This document shows positions 17,485 to 27,900 of a stretch of DNA of 64,000 nt, one piece after another. Source of the DNA: an uncultured Bacteroidales bacterium (GTDB lineage Bacteria; Bacteroidota; Bacteroidia; Bacteroidales; UBA3824); assembly GCA_937877455.1 (NCBI GenBank), contig CALFIU010000044.1:6641-70640 (forward strand), given 5' to 3'. Each line of letters opens with the position of its first letter. Positions within the stretch are counted from its first letter, which is position 1. The position numbers and the translations under genes are program-made. The notes beneath the pieces were generated by a model. The model saw only the letters and a program-made list of their open reading frames with translations, did not search any database and was not told the origin of the DNA.

Positions 17485-19461
17485 TTAAATTTCAAACGCC
17501 AATAGAGAAACATCGTCTGTGCGTTGGTTGTCGCCACGCCATTCATCGAGGAATTTTTCGAGGTTTTCTTTTTGTTGACTCATACTTAAACTACTGTATT
17601 CCAATAATTTAGTTTTGAAATTTTTTGCCATTAGTTTTCTTTTTTTGTCGCCACCTACTTGGTCGGTGCAGCCGTCAGAAAACAAATATATTCTGTCGCC
17701 TTTTTGTAGTCTTATTGGTATGCACGAGAAGTTTTCGTTTTTTACGAATCTGCCTATTGGCATTGAGTCGCCTTTTATTGTGTATAATTCGTTGTCGCGT
17801 ACCATTACCAATGGGCGTTGTGCACCAGCAAAGTATCCGCTACGGTAGGTGGTGTCATATATAAGTAGGGCTATGTCCATGCCGTCGCTACGTAATCCGC
17901 CTTCTTGGTCAAGACCTAAGGCTTTGGTTATTTCTTCTCGTAGGCGATTGAGTATTAAATCGGGCATTGGTTCGTTTTCTTGTGATGCTATTAGTTGATT
18001 GATAAACGATATTCCCATGCTTGCGATTATTGCTCCTGGCACGCCATGTCCTGTACAATCGCCAAGTGCTGCTATTACTTTTGTGCCTATTTTTTTTGCA
18101 TAATAGAAGTCGCCGCCGACAATGTTTTTGGGGTGGTAGATTGTAAAAAAATCTTTAAAAATATTTTTGTCTGGCGATACGGCTTGTAGCATTGCATTTT
18201 GCAATCTGCTTGCGTATGTTACTCCTGCTGTTAATTGCTCGTGTGCTTGTGTTATTTCTGTGTTTTTGGCCGTTAACTCGTTGTTTTTTTCTTCGAGAGT
18301 GGCTGCTTGATTTTCTATTTTTACTTTTTGTTTTTCAAGGTTTTCGTTTATAAACTGTAGTTGTTCGTTGAGCATCTGCATGTTTTCGTTTTGTACAAGT
18401 ATTTCTTCTTTTTGTTGTTGAAGTGTTTCGTTTTGTACAAGTATTTCTTCCTGACGTGTTTGTAGTTCGGTATTTAGTTTGTCGAGATTGTTTTTTTGTG
18501 TAAAAAAATCCTCCATCATTTTGGATATTACTCCAAATTCGTTGGTTTCTGTTTTTAATGATTTTATATCATCAGCTTTACCGCTTTTGAACGATGCATC
18601 TATTTTTGCGAGAGGTTTGGTGATTTTTAGTTTTACATAATAGAGTATGGCTAATAAAACGCCTACGCAAAGTAATGATACGAGTAAAAATATTGGTATA
18701 AATCTTTCAAACTGACGGCTAAGTGGGTCGTTATAAGCAAAATACATATAACCTGTTGGTATTTCGCGGTAGTCGTTGAGTTCTCGACATATAACTTTTT
18801 TGGGTGCGAGTTTTTGTTCTGCCATTTCAACTTCCATTCGGCTAATTACCAATCCAACGTCCATACGTCCGAGGGCGCGACGGTAATCTCTAAGGTCGTC
18901 TTCGGATATTTTTTTTACTAAAAACATATATCCTCGTGGTGTTTCGGCTCGTGAGTTTATATCGGCTGCCGATACGAGTGTTGCTCCATAATATACATAT
19001 ATTTCGTTGTTGTGTTGAAGGTAAAAACATGGAAAACTATTTTCGTAGAATAAGTGGGTAAGTCTTTCGCCTTCAAATGGATAAAATTTTGTTTTACCAT
19101 ATCCATCTGCTTTTTTTTCGTATTTTCTTTTGCCATCAACAGAGAATAGTGCTACGTCAGCCGATTCATAACTTTCCAACATATATCCTATATTGCTGTC
19201 GAGCCATTGTTCATCGCCATTTTGCATTGCTTCGTAACATTCGTCCCATGCTGAGTTGTCGTGTATTACATTGGTGTATTGTCGCGATGTTACCAACAGA
19301 ACTCGGTCTATTAATAGTTCTCTATCGTTTTTGGATAGCTGTTCTACAACTTTTAACTGCCTATATTGGTAGATGTAATATAGTACAAGGCACAACAGCA
19401 TTGTTGCAAGTCCTATTATTGCAACGCGCATAACTCCTTTTTGTACCGTTTTTGCCTTCAT
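17485..19461 (-). CDS. Sensor SpoIIE/PP2C-family phosphatase (TM - CHASE4-like sensor - TM - HAMP/coiled coil - PP2C)
   Basis: 658 aa. Sensor motif IHDNSAWDECYEAM..WLDSNIGYM, TM2 IPIFLLVSLLCVGVLLAILYYV, and a coiled coil with a duplicated EEILVQNE. PP2C motifs GDFYY, LGDCTGHGVPGAI, YLFSDGCTDQ, TDDVSLLAFEI. Confidence 0.8.
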   Translation of the reverse strand: MKAKTVQKGVMRVAIIGLATMLLCLVLYYIYQYRQLKVVEQLSKNDRELLIDRVLLVTSRQYTNVIHDNSAWDECYEAMQNGDEQWLDSNIGYMLESYESADVALFSVDGKRKYEKKADGYGKTKFYPFEGERLTHLFYENSFPCFYLQHNNEIYVYYGATLVSAADINSRAETPRGYMFLVKKISEDDLRDYRRALGRMDVGLVISRMEVEMAEQKLAPKKVICRELNDYREIPTGYMYFAYNDPLSRQFERFIPIFLLVSLLCVGVLLAILYYVKLKITKPLAKIDASFKSGKADDIKSLKTETNEFGVISKMMEDFFTQKNNLDKLNTELQTRQEEILVQNETLQQQKEEILVQNENMQMLNEQLQFINENLEKQKVKIENQAATLEEKNNELTAKNTEITQAHEQLTAGVTYASRLQNAMLQAVSPDKNIFKDFFTIYHPKNIVGGDFYYAKKIGTKVIAALGDCTGHGVPGAIIASMGISFINQLIASQENEPMPDLILNRLREEITKALGLDQEGGLRSDGMDIALLIYDTTYRSGYFAGAQRPLVMVRDNELYTIKGDSMPIGRFVKNENFSCIPIRLQKGDRIYLFSDGCTDQVGGDKKRKLMAKNFKTKLLEYSSLSMSQQKENLEKFLDEWRGDNQRTDDVSLLAFEI

Positions 19462-19515
19462 ATTGTAAAAATCTTTTTTTATTTTGGCTTATCCAATTTT
19501 TAGACCAATACAACG

Positions 19516-19523
19516 CAAATGTA
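19516..19523 (-). promoter_or_regulatory. -7 box (TACATTTG on minus strand) upstream of the SpoIIE-paralogue pair
   Basis: Plus-strand caaatgta is the reverse complement of TAnnTTTG. It lies ~55 nt upstream of ATG 19461. Confidence 0.4.
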
Positions 19524-19603
19524 AAAAATAATTTGATATTTAAAAAAAATTATTTAAAAGTTGAAAAAAAAGTATTGTGATGTTAATGGTATGTAGAAAA
19601 AAA

Positions 19604-20218
19604 TTATTCTGTAAAATAGTCGGTACGTGCTTCTATTGCTCTTGAAAGTGTTATTTCATCGGTGTATTCTAAGTCGCCACCAAAGGCTACTCCGCGTGCT
19701 ATTTGGCTTATTTTTAGATTGTTACCTTTAAATAATTTTGAAATATAAAAACATGTTGTATCACCTTCCATATTTGCACTTAGGGCAAAAATTATTTCTT
19801 TTATTGTTTGTGTACGAACACGTTCTTTTAAACTTTCGATATTGAGTTCGCTCGGTCCTATTCCATCTATTGGTGATATAAGTCCACCAAGTATGTGGTA
19901 AACACCTTTGTATGTTTCTGTTTGCTCTATGGCTATGACGTCTCGGATATTTTCTACCACACAAATTATAGAGTGATTTCTTTGTCTGTTGCTACATATT
20001 GTGCAGGTGTCATCGTCGGAGAGATTGCCACAAATTTTGCAGGTACAAATTTTTTCTTTCATTTGAATTATTGAGTTGGCAAAAGTCTTGACGGTGTTTT
20101 CATCACGTTTCAAAAGGTCGAGTACCATTCGTAGTGCGGTTTTTCTGCCTATACCCGGTAATTTAGAAAACTGTTCTACTGCATTGGCCAACAATTTTGA
20201 TGGGATATATTGTTCCAT
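19604..20218 (-). CDS. recR: Recombination protein RecR
   Basis: 204 aa. HhH LPGIGRKTALRM, C4 zinc finger CKICGNLSDDDTCTIC, Toprim block ICVVENIRDVIAIE, and C-terminal GVAFGGDLEYTD. Confidence 0.92.
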   Translation of the reverse strand: MEQYIPSKLLANAVEQFSKLPGIGRKTALRMVLDLLKRDENTVKTFANSIIQMKEKICTCKICGNLSDDDTCTICSNRQRNHSIICVVENIRDVIAIEQTETYKGVYHILGGLISPIDGIGPSELNIESLKERVRTQTIKEIIFALSANMEGDTTCFYISKLFKGNNLKISQIARGVAFGGDLEYTDEITLSRAIEARTDYFTE

Positions 20219-20239
20219 TTGTATGTTTTGCCTTTTATG

Positions 20240-20989
20240 TTAATTTGCATTTGTTGTTTCGTTGTCGTAATCATTGTGCCAACATAAACCTGCAAGGTAG
20301 AAAAAATACATAGAAATGGCTATTATGACGTGGCTTATATCAAAATGGTTGAACCATTTGCCTAATGAAAGTTTTGGAGCGAGTACTATTCCTGTTAATG
20401 TGGTTGTAAATGTGGCTAACATTATTATTAATGCTTCTCGTTTGCGGTGTCTTTGCCATATTTTTATTTGTACGGGCATTGATATTATCCAAAGTGATAT
20501 GCCTATGTGCATTTCTGCAAACATAAATGTCATTTTGTATATCATTAGCGATAGCATAGCAATGGTTTCTAATATTGAAAACGAATATAGTATGGCTTGT
20601 ATTTTTTTACCAAAAAATTTTTCAGACCTATAAATCATTGCAAATGTGAAAATTGTTACTGATATGATGTTAAAAATCCAACTTGGAAGTTTTTGGTAGT
20701 TGTGTTCGAGTAGGTAAAACCATTGCGTATTTTCTACTGCATCGGGTAATATATCGGGTTCGTTTTGGAATATATAAGAAAAGGCGTGTGTCATTACTGC
20801 GCCCGAGAGTGTACTTATGCCCATTGCTAAGAAAAAATATGGGTAGAGTTGCATATATCCGCTTGTTTGTGAACGTTGTTTGAGTTTTGCAAATGCGTAA
20901 AAACAAACTACCGAAACCAACATATCGGTTAGTGCGGTCATTGGTTCGAGGATAGTTAAGCCCCCGATTATTATTTGTGTCTTTTCCAT
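20240..20989 (-). CDS. Integral membrane protein (about 7 TM), function unknown
   Basis: 249 aa, hydrophobic throughout. It lies between dnaA (8-nt gap) and recR (21-nt gap) on the same strand. I see no motif I can name with confidence. Confidence 0.5.
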   Translation of the reverse strand: MEKTQIIIGGLTILEPMTALTDMLVSVVCFYAFAKLKQRSQTSGYMQLYPYFFLAMGISTLSGAVMTHAFSYIFQNEPDILPDAVENTQWFYLLEHNYQKLPSWIFNIISVTIFTFAMIYRSEKFFGKKIQAILYSFSILETIAMLSLMIYKMTFMFAEMHIGISLWIISMPVQIKIWQRHRKREALIIMLATFTTTLTGIVLAPKLSLGKWFNHFDISHVIIAISMYFFYLAGLCWHNDYDNETTNAN

Positions 20990-20997
20990 TCTAAAAC

Positions 20998-22449
20998 TTA
21001 GTACTTCAGTTTTTTCTCCAATTCGTCAAACGTGTTTTTAAAGTTTTTGTCGGTTTGAATAAGGTCTGCTACTGTTTTGCAGGCGTGTAGTACGGTGCTA
21101 TGGTCGCGTCCGCCTATCTGTGCGCCTATGCTTTGTAACGAGGCATTAGTTAGGTTTTTGGCAAAATACATTGCTAACTGACGTGCAAGCACTATTTCGC
21201 GTTTACGGGTTTTGGTTTGAAGTAGTTGTGGATCCATATTGAAATATTCACAGACTACCTTTTGTATATATGTGAGAGAAAATTCTTTTTTTGGTTTTTT
21301 TACTATTTTTTCGAGTAAAAATTGAGCCAATTCGAGAGTTATTTCTTTGCGATTGAGTGTGCTTTGTGCTAAGAGTGAAATTAACGCACCTTCGAGTTCC
21401 CTAACGTTTGATACTACTGTGTTGGCAATGTATTCCAATACGTCTTGTGGAATTTTCATACCATCGTTATAAACTTTTTTCTGTAATATTTCCAACCTTG
21501 TTTTATAATCAGGTATTGATAAATCGGCATTGAGTCCCCATTTAAAACGGCTTAACATTCTTTGTGTTAGACCTTTTAACTCAACAGGCGGACAGTCGGA
21601 TGTTAAGATTAATTGTTTGCCTGATTGGTGTAGTTGGTTGAATATATGAAAAAATGTATCTTGTGTGCGTTGTTTTCCTGCAAATTCTTGTACGTCGTCA
21701 AGTATCAATACATCAAGCATTTGGTAGAAGTGCATAAAGTCAATTGTATTGTTACTTCTTACGGCATCGCTGTATTGTGTTTGAAATCTATTGGCAGATA
21801 CGTACAGAACGAGTTTTTCTGGGTAAAGTTCTTTTATAGCGTTCCCGATGGCTTGTGCTAAATGGGTTTTTCCAAGTCCAGATTCTCCAAATATCATAAG
21901 TGGGTTAAATGGTGTGCTACCTGGATGTTGTGCTATTTCCATTGCGGCACTTCTGCCGAGCCTATTGCACTCGCCTTCTACAAAGTTGTCGAGTGTATAG
22001 TTGGGGTTGAGCTGGGAATTTAGGTTGATTTTTTGTATTCCCGGGATTATAAATGGGTTTCTTATTGCTGGTTCTTGTGGGTTTTTGGCTTGTGTGCTAA
22101 ATTGTTGTCGTTGGTATGTGTTTGCAGCAGTTTTTCCAGGTATTACAGATATGCTTTGCGGCACTGCGGCGTGAGTTTTCGTGGGTTTGCGACCGCTGTC
22201 AACTACAATGCCATATTCTACTTGTACTTGACGACCAAGCACTTCTTTAAATGCTCTTAGAAGTAAATCGATATAGTGCTCTTCAAGATATTCGTAAAAA
22301 AAGTGGCTTGGTACTTGTATTTTTACAACGTTGGTATCTATTTTTAACGGAATTATGGGCGTAAACCAAGTTTGAAAACTTTGTGCGTTGATGCTGCTTT
22401 TTATTATTTGCAGACACTTGTTCCATATTTCTCTTTCATTGTTCTCCAT
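20998..22449 (-). CDS. dnaA: Chromosomal replication initiator protein DnaA
   Basis: 483 aa. Walker A FGESGLGKTHL, Walker B VLILDDVQ, sensor LILTSD. C-terminal DNA-binding signature IVLARQLAMYF...IGAQIGGRDHSTVLHA. Confidence 0.96.
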   Translation of the reverse strand: MENNEREIWNKCLQIIKSSINAQSFQTWFTPIIPLKIDTNVVKIQVPSHFFYEYLEEHYIDLLLRAFKEVLGRQVQVEYGIVVDSGRKPTKTHAAVPQSISVIPGKTAANTYQRQQFSTQAKNPQEPAIRNPFIIPGIQKINLNSQLNPNYTLDNFVEGECNRLGRSAAMEIAQHPGSTPFNPLMIFGESGLGKTHLAQAIGNAIKELYPEKLVLYVSANRFQTQYSDAVRSNNTIDFMHFYQMLDVLILDDVQEFAGKQRTQDTFFHIFNQLHQSGKQLILTSDCPPVELKGLTQRMLSRFKWGLNADLSIPDYKTRLEILQKKVYNDGMKIPQDVLEYIANTVVSNVRELEGALISLLAQSTLNRKEITLELAQFLLEKIVKKPKKEFSLTYIQKVVCEYFNMDPQLLQTKTRKREIVLARQLAMYFAKNLTNASLQSIGAQIGGRDHSTVLHACKTVADLIQTDKNFKNTFDELEKKLKY

Positions 22450-22668
22450 CGGTTACAATTAAGTTTTTTCCGTTTTTCTTTGTTGATTTTCGTTGTAAAG
22501 GTGGCTAAAAAAAAATTAAAAAAAAAATTAAAAAAGCTTGTTTGTTTTCAAAATTTTTTATCACGGTAATTATCAGAATGTTACAAAATGTAAATTTTTT
22601 ATCAAGTTTTTTTTGTTGTTGATAATATGTTCAATTTGTTTTTGTCAAACTTGTATTGATGTTGCTGT

Positions 22669-23160
22669 TTAGCGTGGTAGCTCGCATATTTCCAAATCTT
22701 TTATTTCGCCGTTGTCGAGTTTTAGCCTTAAAGCGGTGCGCATTGCTTGTTGTCCATATTGCCCTGCTGCTCCTGGGTTGACAACAAGGCATCCGTATTT
22801 TTGGTCGTACATTACTTTAAGTATGTGAGAGTGTCCGCATACAAAAATTTGGGGTGGATTGGTTTCTAATACTTTTCTTGCAGCTGGTGAATATTTGCCA
22901 GGGTAACCACCTATGTGAGTTATAAATACATCTACTCCGTCTGTTATAAATCTTTGTGTTTCTGGATATGCCAGCCGTGTATTGTAATCGTCAATATTAC
23001 CATAAACAGCGGTTAGTGGTTTTATGGCGGCTATTTTGTCGGCAAGTGCTATTGATCCAATGTCGCCTGCATGCCATATTGCATCGCATTTTTCCAAAAA
23101 GGGAACAAATTTTTGGTCAAGATGGTTATGGGTATCAGATATTATACCTATGGTTGTCAT
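22669..23160 (-). CDS. Metallophosphoesterase, YfcE/MJ0936 family
   Basis: 163 aa. ISDTHN, AGDIGS, GNID, THIGGYPG, CGHSH and VNPG are calcineurin-like phosphoesterase blocks. Its start overlaps the xseA stop by 4 nt. Confidence 0.75.
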   Translation of the reverse strand: MTTIGIISDTHNHLDQKFVPFLEKCDAIWHAGDIGSIALADKIAAIKPLTAVYGNIDDYNTRLAYPETQRFITDGVDVFITHIGGYPGKYSPAARKVLETNPPQIFVCGHSHILKVMYDQKYGCLVVNPGAAGQYGQQAMRTALRLKLDNGEIKDLEICELPR

Positions 23161-24398
23161 TTTGTTATTTTTTTTATTTCGGCTTCGGCTTTGCCATCGT
23201 AGTAAATTATTGACAGATTGCTTCCTATGGCGATATTTTGTGTTGAATTTATTACTTCGCCGTTTTGCATGGTGTATGCGTAGCCTTTTTTTAATATGTT
23301 AATTGGGTCTTTTAGTTCGGTTTTGAGTGCGATATTGTCTACTTGGTGCAACTTTTGATTTGCAACACTCTTCATGCTATTATAAATTTTAAGTGTTGAG
23401 GTTTCCATGGAGTGTCTTTTTTTGGTTATAAAGTTGCTTAGCGACGATTTAACTCTGTAAATGGTTTCTAAGTTTTTTTGTTCGGCACGTTTTAATGCGT
23501 TGGTTGTTGCACCTTTTATTATTTCTATTTGCTCTGATAGCATCGAATCACAATTGGCGGCTGTGTCGATTATAAATTGTGCTACGGCTGTTGGTGTTTT
23601 GAAATGTTTGTTTGCCACTTCGTCGGCTATTGAAACATCGCGGTCGTGTCCAATTCCAGTTATTACTGGTAGAGGAAAGTTACAAATTGCTGCACAAACA
23701 TCGTAGTTGTCGAAACAAGAAAGGTCTCCTTTGCTGCCACCACCTCTTATTATTGCTACACAATCGAAATATTGGCTAAGTTTTGCAATTTTGTAGAGTT
23801 GTAACGGTATGTTTTTTTCTGCCTCAATGCCTTGCACAGGTGTATTAAAAAGTATTGTGTTGAATTTGTAACCGTATGGGTTAAAAGTAAGTTGGTTGAC
23901 AAAATCGCCATAGCCAGCTGCGTTTTCTGACGACAAAATAGCTATGTTTTTTATCAACATTGGTAGTTTTTTTTGTTTGTTTTTTTCGTATATACCTTCT
24001 TTTTTTAGCCGTTCTATAGTTTGACGACGTTGCATTTCTATTTCGCCAAGTGTATATTCTGGCATAATTCCGCGTACCGAAAAACTAAGACCATATACTT
24101 CGCTATACTGTATGGTGGTTTCTATCAGTATTTTAATTCCTTTTTCGAGTTTACGACCTGTAACTTGTTCAAAATAAGGGTTAAGTGTTCTAAAAACATT
24201 AGCCCATATTGTAGTACGAGCTTGAGCAGTGGTTGTTCCCAAATCATTATCTTTTTCAACAAGATCGAGGTAGGCATGCCCTGCGGAACTTCGTGTAATC
24301 TGGTTTATTTCGGCTGTTACAAGGTAGGTCGTGTTGAAATTGCGAGCCAAAACTTTTTTTATTAACGTGTTTATTTCGTACAGCGAGTAGATTTCCAT
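23157..24398 (-). CDS. xseA: Exodeoxyribonuclease VII large subunit
   Basis: 413 aa. N-terminal OB-fold region (VTAEINQITRSSAGHAYLDLVEKD). Catalytic region IIRGGGSKGDLSCFD and PVITGIGHDRDVSIAD. Confidence 0.88.
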   Translation of the reverse strand: MEIYSLYEINTLIKKVLARNFNTTYLVTAEINQITRSSAGHAYLDLVEKDNDLGTTTAQARTTIWANVFRTLNPYFEQVTGRKLEKGIKILIETTIQYSEVYGLSFSVRGIMPEYTLGEIEMQRRQTIERLKKEGIYEKNKQKKLPMLIKNIAILSSENAAGYGDFVNQLTFNPYGYKFNTILFNTPVQGIEAEKNIPLQLYKIAKLSQYFDCVAIIRGGGSKGDLSCFDNYDVCAAICNFPLPVITGIGHDRDVSIADEVANKHFKTPTAVAQFIIDTAANCDSMLSEQIEIIKGATTNALKRAEQKNLETIYRVKSSLSNFITKKRHSMETSTLKIYNSMKSVANQKLHQVDNIALKTELKDPINILKKGYAYTMQNGEVINSTQNIAIGSNLSIIYYDGKAEAEIKKITK

Positions 24399-24406
24399 AG
24401 GTATTT

Positions 24407-24718
24407 TTATTTTTCGCGTATAATGAAAATGTCTTCGTTGTCTGCTTTCATTTGGTATTGTTCGCGTGCAAATTTAACAAGATTTTTGTTGTTGGTTTTT
24501 AAATCGTTAAGTTTTAGCGAATCTTCTTGTATTTTTTCTGTGTAATATTCTTTTTGGATTGTAAGTTTTTTTCGGTTAGAAAGTTCTTTAACTCTTTCAA
24601 AAATAGTATATTGGCTGAAAAAACATATATATATTAACATTGCAAGGAAAGTAAACAAATACTTCCTACGTATTATATACGATAATTTACTTTTTAGTTT
24701 GATGATAAAGCGTTCCAT
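24407..24718 (-). CDS. FtsB/DivIC-like septum formation initiator family protein
   Basis: From ATG 24718: a short basic N-terminus, one TM (LFTFLAMLIYICFF), a coiled coil, and C-terminal ..KFAREQYQMKADNEDIFII typical of the family. The track start at 24766 is a TTG lying inside the promoter. Confidence 0.55.
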   Translation of the reverse strand: MERFIIKLKSKLSYIIRRKYLFTFLAMLIYICFFSQYTIFERVKELSNRKKLTIQKEYYTEKIQEDSLKLNDLKTNNKNLVKFAREQYQMKADNEDIFIIREK

Positions 24719-24735
24719 TTGGCAAAAATTTATTG

Positions 24736-24743
24736 CAAATATA
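24736..24743 (-). promoter_or_regulatory. -7 box (TATATTTG on minus strand) for the ftsB-like/xseA operon
   Basis: Plus-strand caaatata is the reverse complement of TAnnTTTG. It lies 18 nt upstream of ATG 24718. Confidence 0.45.
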
Positions 24744-24930
24744 TATGTTTTGCGCTCGTTTTGCAAATTTTAATCGAAAATAAATATATATTTTGATTAT
24801 AAAAATTTACAAATAAATCTTTTCTTGTTAAAATGTTGAAAATCAATTATAATTTTAAGAAAAGCAGTCAACAACAGTAAAAAAAACAAAATATTACCTA
24901 AAATAAACATTGTTTTAACAAAAATTAGAT

Positions 24931-24938
24931 TATATTTG
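24931..24938 (+). promoter_or_regulatory. -7 box TATATTTG for secA
   Basis: Exact TAnnTTTG, 40 nt upstream of the ATG at 24978. Confidence 0.5.
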
Positions 24939-24977
24939 CAGTCTGTAAAAAATACGAACATAATCAAAAACACAATA

Positions 24978-27900
24978 ATGAGTATTTTAAATAGTATCTT
25001 AAAAAAATTTTTTGGAGATAAATCGAGCAAAGATATAAAAAAAATGCTCCCGATTTTGGAAAATATAAAATCGGAATATGCTAAGTTACAATCAATTAGT
25101 AACGATGAACTACGCGAAAAAACTCAAAAGTTGAGACAAGATATTCAAAACGCAATAAAAGCAGAGAACGAAAAACTCAGTGGATTTAAGTTGCGTCTTG
25201 ACTCTCCAGAACCGCTTACTATCAATGAGCAAGAAGAGTTGTATAATGAAATAGAAAAAACCGAAAAAGTAATAGACGAAATTATTGCAACAAAACTTGA
25301 CGAGATTTTGCCAGAGGCATTTGCAATTATTAGGGATACTGCTCGTCGTTTTGCTCAAAACGAAACAATAGAAGTTACTGCTACCCAGTTTGATAGAGAT
25401 TTTGCCGCAGTAAACGAAGCTGTTAAAATAGAAGGTGATAAAGCAATTTATAGCAACACTTGGCGTGCTGGTGGCAATATGCTCAAGTGGGATATGGTGC
25501 ATTACGATGTTCAATTACTTGGAGGTATTGCACTTCATCAAGGTAAGATTGCGGAAATGGCAACTGGTGAGGGTAAAACCCTCGTTGCAACTTTGCCTGT
25601 GTTCTTAAACGCACTTACAGGTCGCGGTGTTCACGTGGTAACTGTAAACGACTACCTTTCAAAACGAGATAGCGAGTGGATGGGTATGCTTTACCAATTT
25701 CACGGACTTAAAGTTGATTGCATAGACAAGCATCAACCAAATAGTAGAATGAGGCGACAAGCATACGAGGCTGATATTACATTTGGTACCAACAATGAAT
25801 TTGGTTTCGATTATCTTCGCGACAATATGGCTATTACACCAGACGATTTGGTGCAACGTAATCATATATTTGCAATTGTCGATGAAGTGGACTCGGTTCT
25901 TATTGACGATGCCCGTACACCTTTAATTATAAGTGGTCCAGTGGCAAGGTCGTCAAACGATATGCAATTGTTTATGGAGATGAAACCAAAAGTAGAAAAA
26001 CTCGTTGAGCAACAGAAACTTTTGGTTAATAGAATTTTTAATGATGCTAAAAAATACATTGCGGCTGGCGATTTAGAAAAAGGCGGTATTGCATTACTCA
26101 AAGCTTACAAAGGTTTGCCAAAAAGTAATGCACTTATAAAATATCTTAGCGAAGAAGGTCATAAAGTGCTTTTGCAAAAAACAGAAGGCATTTATATGGC
26201 CGAAAACAACAAACGAATGCCAGAAATAACCGATGAATTGTATTTCGTTATAGAAGAAAAACAAAAGTCGGTTGACATGACAGAAAAAGGTATAGACCTT
26301 ATTACAGGTAACAGCGACGACCCAACATTTTTTGTATTGCCTGACGTTGGAACCGAAATTGCTGAACTTGAAAATTCTGGACTTTCGGAAGAAGAAAAAA
26401 CTGCTAAAAAAGATAAACTCCTTAGCGATTACGCCATAAAATCAGAGCGTATCCACACTATAACTCAATTGTTAAAAGCATACACTATGTTTGAGCGCGA
26501 CAATGAGTATGTGGTTATGGATAATAAGGTTAAGATTGTTGACGAACAAACAGGACGTATTCTTGATGGTCGTAGATATTCCGATGGCTTGCATCAAGCA
26601 ATAGAAGCAAAAGAAAATGTAACTGTTGAAGCAGCTACACAGACTTTTGCAACTATTACTTTGCAGAATTATTTCCGTATGTATAAAAAACTTGCAGGTA
26701 TGACAGGTACTGCGGAAACAGAAGCAGGAGAATTTTGGGATATTTATAAACTTGATGTTTGCGTTATTCCAACAAACGTTCCTGTAAAACGTAACGATAT
26801 GGACGACCTTATTTATAAAACTAAACGTGAAAAATATAAGGCCGTAATTGCAGAAATTGAACGACTTCACAATGAGGGTCGTCCAGTGCTTGTGGGTACA
26901 ACATCGGTGGAAGTTTCAGAGTTGTTGAGCCAAATGCTTAGAGGTAGAAGGCTTGAACATAACGTACTTAATGCCAAACTTCATGCTCGTGAGGCCGAAA
27001 TTGTTGCTGTGGCTGGTCAAAAAGGTACAATCACTATTGCAACCAATATGGCAGGACGTGGTACCGACATTAAGTTGAGCAAAGAGGTAAAAGAGGCTGG
27101 TGGTCTTGCAATTATTGGTACAGAACGTCATGAATCACGTCGTGTAGACCGTCAGTTGCGAGGACGTGCAGGACGACAAGGCGATCCGGGAACTTCGCAA
27201 TTTTTTGTATCGCTCGAAGATACACTAATGAGGCTATTTGGTAGCGATAAAATTGCCAAGTTTATGGATAAGTTGGGTGTTGAAGAAGGTGAAGCTATTC
27301 AACATTCGTGGGTTACAAGTTCTATTGAACGTGCTCAACGTAAAGTTGAAGAAAACAACTTTGGTATTCGTAAAAGACTCCTTGAATACGACGATGTAAT
27401 GAACAAACAACGCGAGGTAATTTATAAATTACGTCGTAGTGCATTGTTTGGCGATGGTATTGATATTGAGATTATTAACATGCTAAATGCCGCATGTGAA
27501 AATGTTGTTAATTCATATCACGATACGGGTGATTACGCTGCTTTTTGCTTTGAACTTTCAAAAAGTTTGTCGATGCAAAGCCCAATTTCGGAAGAGGATT
27601 TCATAAAACTTACCGACGAAAAAATTGCTGATAAAATTTTCGATTTGGGTTGCAACAACATAAAAAACAAAATGAAAATTATCAGCGACCAAGCTTGGCC
27701 TGTGATAAAAGAAGTTTATGAAAAACATTCGGCACAATACGAATATATTATTATTCCAGTAAGCGACGGACGTAGAGTGTTTAACCTTAGGGTTAATTTA
27801 AAACGTGCATACGAAACTCAGGCTCGTGAGGTTGTAAAAGATTTTGAAAAAGTTGTAATGCTTGTTACCATTGATGAAACATGGAAAGAACATCTTCGTG

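Noticed and set aside
18383-18450. Direct repeat ttcgttttgtacaagtatttcttc (twice, ~44 nt apart) inside the SpoIIE paralogue
   Set aside because: It encodes a duplicated EEILVQNE heptad-type segment of the coiled coil. It is an ordinary internal duplication in a low-complexity helical linker, not a mobile or regulatory repeat.
23157-24398. Absence of xseB next to xseA
   Set aside because: The small subunit gene is often unlinked, and its absence from a 64-kb window carries no information.
24797-25030. 77-aa minus-strand ORF (hydrophobic, two apparent TM segments) in the ftsB-like/secA divergent region
   Set aside because: It overlaps the secA promoter and first codons in antisense. Its composition (F/I/L/K) is what AT-rich DNA yields in any frame. 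It has no promoter box of its own.
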